64,000 nt of DNA from Eledone cirrhosa (lineage: Eukaryota), in contig OZ024744.1 in NCBI GenBank assembly GCA_964016885.1, forward strand, positions 128,340,001-128,404,000. Direction: 5' to 3'. Within the stretch, counting starts at the first letter, position 1; the number at the start of each line of letters is the position of its first letter. Made by a program: the position numbers and the translations under genes. Positions 61,401 to 64,000 of this stretch are shown here, in pieces. Below the pieces are notes generated by a model, which did no database searches, had not been told where the DNA came from, and saw only the letters and a program-made list of their open reading frames with translations.

Positions 61401-64000
61401 GTTGAGGTTAAGTTAAGTTGGAGTTAAGTTAAGTTGGGGTTAAGCTAAGTTGGGGTTAAGTTAATTTGCGGTTAAGTTAGGTTGTGGGTTAAGTTAAGTT
61501 GGGGTTAAGTTAAGCTGGGGTTAAGTTAGGGTAAGTTAAGTTGGGGGTAAGTTAAGTTGGGGTTAAGTTAAGTTGGGGTTAAGTTAGGTTGGGGTTAAGT
61601 TAAGTTGGGGTTAAGTTAAGTTGGGGTTGAGTTAAGTTGGGGTTGAGTTAAGTTGGGGTTAAGTTAAGTTGGGGTTAAGTTAAGTTGGGGTTAAGTTAAG
61701 TTGGGGTTAATTTAAGTTGGGGTTAAGTTAAGTTGTGGGTAAGTTAAGTTGGGGGCAAGTTAAGTTGGGGTTAAGTTAAGTTGGGGTTAAGTTAAGTTGG
61801 CGTTAAGTTAAGTTGGGGTTAAGTTAAGTTGGGGTTAAGTTAAGTTGGGGTTAATTTAAGTTGGGGTTAAGTTAAGTTGGGGTTAAGTTAAGTTGGAGTT
61901 AAGTCAAGTTGGGGTTAAGTCAAGTTGGGGTTAAGTCAAGTTGGGGTTAAGTCAAGTTGGGGTTAAGTTAAGTTGGGGTTAAGTTAAGTTGGGGTTAAGT
62001 TAAGTTGGGGTTAAGTTAAGTTGGAGTTAAGTTAACTTGGAGTTAAGTTAAGTTGGGGTTAAGCTAAGTTGGGGTTCAGTTAAGTTGGGGTTAAGTTAAT
62101 TTGGGGCTGAGTTAAGTTGGGGTTAAGTTAAGTTCGGGTTGAGTTAAGTTGGGGTTAAGTTAAGTTGGGGTTAAGTTAAGTTGGGGTTAAGTTAAGTTGG
62201 GGTTAAGATAAGTTGGGGTTAAGTTAAGTTGGCGTTAATTTCAGTTGGGGTTGAGTTAATTTGGGTTTAAGTTAAGTTGGGCTAAACTTAAGTTGGGGTT
62301 AAGTTGGGGTTAAGTTAAGTTGGGGTTAAGTTAAGTTGGGGGTAAGTTAAGTTGGGGGCAAGTTAAGTTGGGGTTAATTTAACTTGGGGTTAAGTTAAGT
62401 TGGGGTTAAGTTAAGTTGGGGGTAACTTAAGTTGGGGTTAAGTTAAGTTGGGGTTAAGTTAAGTTGGGGGTAAGTTAAGTTGGGGGTAAGTTAAGTTGGG
62501 GTTAAGTTAAGTTGGGGTTAAATTAAGTTGAGGTTAAGTTAATTTGGGGTTAAGTTAAGTTGGGGTTAAGTTAAGTTGGGGGTAAGATAAGTTGGGGCTA
62601 AGTTAAGTTGGGGCTAAGTCAAGTTGGGGTTAAGTTGGGGTTGAGTTAAGTTGGGGTTAAGTTAAGTTGGGATTAAGTTAAGTTGGAGTTAAGTTAAGTT
62701 CGGGTTGAGTTAAGTTGGGGTTAAGTTAAGTTGGGTTTAATTTAAGTTGGGGTTAAGTTAAGTTGGGGTTAAGATAAGTTGGGGTTAAGTTAAGTTGGGG
62801 TTAAGTTAAGTTGGGGTTAAGTTAAGTTAGGGTTAATTTCAGTTGGGGTTATGTTGAGTTGGGGTTAAGTTAAGTTGGGGTTAAGTTAAGTTGGGGTTAA
62901 GTTGGGGTTAAGTTAAGTTGGGGTTAAGTTAAGTTGGGGGTAAGTTAAGTTGGGGGCAAGTTAAGTTGGGGTTAATTTAAGTTGTGGTTAAGTTAACTTG
63001 GGGTTATGTTAAGTTGGGGTTAAGTTAAGTTGGGGTTAAGTTAAGTTGGGGGTAACTTAAGTTGGGGTTAAGTTAAGTTGAGGGTAAGTTAAGTTGAGGG
63101 TAAGTTAAATTGAGGTTAAGTTAAGTTGGGGTTAAGTTAAGTTGGGGGTAAGTTAAGTTGGGGGTAAGTTAAGTTGGGGTTAAGTTAAGATGGGGTTAAA
63201 TTAAGTTGAGGTTAAGTTAATTTGGGGTTAAGTTAAGTTGGGGTTAAGTTAAGTTGGGGGTAAGATAAGTTGGGGCTAAGTTAAGTTGGGGCTAAGTCAA
63301 GTTGGGGTTAAGTCAAGTTGAGGTTAACTTAAGTTGGGGTTAAGTTAAGTTGGGGTTAAGTTAAGTTGGGGTTAAGGTAAGTTGGGGTTAAGTTAAGTTG
63401 GGGCTAAGTTAAGTTGGGGCTAAGTTAAGTTGGGGCTGAGTTAAGTTGGGGTTAAGTTGGGGTTCAGTTAAGTTGGGGTTAAGTTAAGTTGGGATTAAGT
63501 TAAGTTGGGGTTAAGTTAAGTTCGGGTTGAGTTAAGTTGGGGTTAAGTTAAGTTGGGGTTAATTTAAGTTGGGGTTAAGTTAAGTTGGGGTTAAGATAAG
63601 TTGGGGTTAAGTTAAGTTGGGGTTAAGTTAAGTTGGGGTTGAGTTAATTTGGGGTTAAGTTAAGTTGGGGTTAACTTAAGTTGGGGTTAAGTTAAGTTGG
63701 GGTTAAGTTAAGTTGGGGGTAAGTTAAGTTGGGGGCAAGTTGAGTTGGGGTTAAGTTAAGTTGGGTTTAAGTTAAGTTGGGGCTAAGTTAAGTTGGGGCT
63801 AAGTTAAGTTGGGGCTGAGTTAAGTTGGGGTTAAGTTAAGTTGGGGTTGAGTTAAGTTGGGGTTAACTTAAGTTGGGGTTAAGTTGGGGTTAAGTTAAGT
63901 TGGGGTTAAATTAAGTTGGGGGTTAGTTAAGTTGGGGCAAGTTAAGTTGGGGTTAATTTAAGTTGGGGTTAATTTAAGTTGGGGTTATGTTAAGTTGGGG
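34400..64000 (+). repeat. Right HOR domain: five copies of a ~4.5-6.3 kb unit built from ~1.6-kb subunits
   Basis: TAATATAAG occurs at 36054, 42083, 47527, 52057 and 58390 (spacings 6029, 5444, 4530, 6333). Each is followed in order by GGTACGTTAAG, TTGCGGGTAAGATAAG and GGGAGTAAG. GATGGGGTTAAATT pairs lie 1603-1604 bp apart (42012/43616, 47456/49059, 51986/53589, 58319/59923). Confidence 0.9.
36411..36570 (+). repeat. 80-bp (5-monomer) local duplication carried in every right-domain HOR copy
   Basis: GGGGTTGAGTTAAGTTGGGGTTAAATTAAGTTGGGGTTATG occurs at 36411 and 36491. The same pair is near 42441/42521, 47881/47961, 52411/52491 and 58745/58825. Confidence 0.85.

Larger units (their letters stand above)
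1..64000 (+). repeat. Tandem satellite / telomere-like array, 16-bp monomer (TTGGGGTTAAGTTAAG)n, ~4,000 copies, G-rich strand = +
   Basis: Every line is built from this unit or from variants with 1-2 substitutions or short indels. Pure runs occur, e.g. ~25170-25270 and ~31295-31395. Consensus composition is 6G/6T/4A/0C. The array continues through both window edges in one orientation. Confidence 0.99.

Noticed and set aside
1-64000. Protein-coding ORFs under the standard code
   Set aside because: There are two TAA per monomer on each strand, and 16 mod 3 = 1 rotates them through all frames. This gives a stop roughly every 21-27 nt in all six frames.
1-64000. Repetitive protein (GVKLSWGQVKLGLSQV)n under a ciliate-type code with TAA=Gln
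   Set aside because: Frequent TGA-creating variants (TTGAG, TTGAGG) and fixed indels of 1 and 5 bp, plus 16-bp monomer gains and losses, break the frame. I saw no sign of codon-level constraint.
1-64000. CRISPR array or other repeat-spacer system
   Set aside because: There are no unique spacers. The units are directly contiguous 16-mers and no associated genes are present.
1-64000. Canonical telomerase-synthesised tract of TTGGGG, TTAGG or TTAGGG
   Set aside because: These words never occur in tandem, and ordered kilobase strings of variants indicate DNA-templated copying rather than RNA-templated addition.
1-64000. Pure sequencing or basecalling artefact
   Set aside because: The same rare variants recur in the same order at fixed offsets with hierarchical relationships, which random error would not produce. 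Exact HOR copy number could still be mis-assembled.

Overview
The whole 64-kb window is one uninterrupted, single-orientation tandem array of a 16-bp G/T-rich monomer. The consensus is 5'-TTGGGG-TTAAG-TTAAG-3' (C-strand CTTAACTTAACCCCAA), about 4,000 copies, and the array runs off both edges. I found no unique sequence, gene, RNA gene, CRISPR array, transposon or inversion, and TAA stops close all six frames under the standard code. The monomer looks telomere-like: a T2G4 hexamer plus two TTAAG pentamers, with almost no C on the + strand. However, its substitutions and indels recur in ordered strings that define nested higher-order repeats (HORs). These run from adjacent-monomer runs through 27, 80 and 304 bp to ~1.55-1.65 kb, ~3.1-3.6 kb and ~4.5-6.3 kb, with variants private to particular domains. 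The best reading is a eukaryotic telomere-like satellite (subtelomeric, centromeric or interstitial), or a recombination-maintained telomere, rather than fresh telomerase product. The organism and chromosomal position cannot be determined from this window. Offsets were counted by eye from diagnostic variants and block boundaries are approximate.
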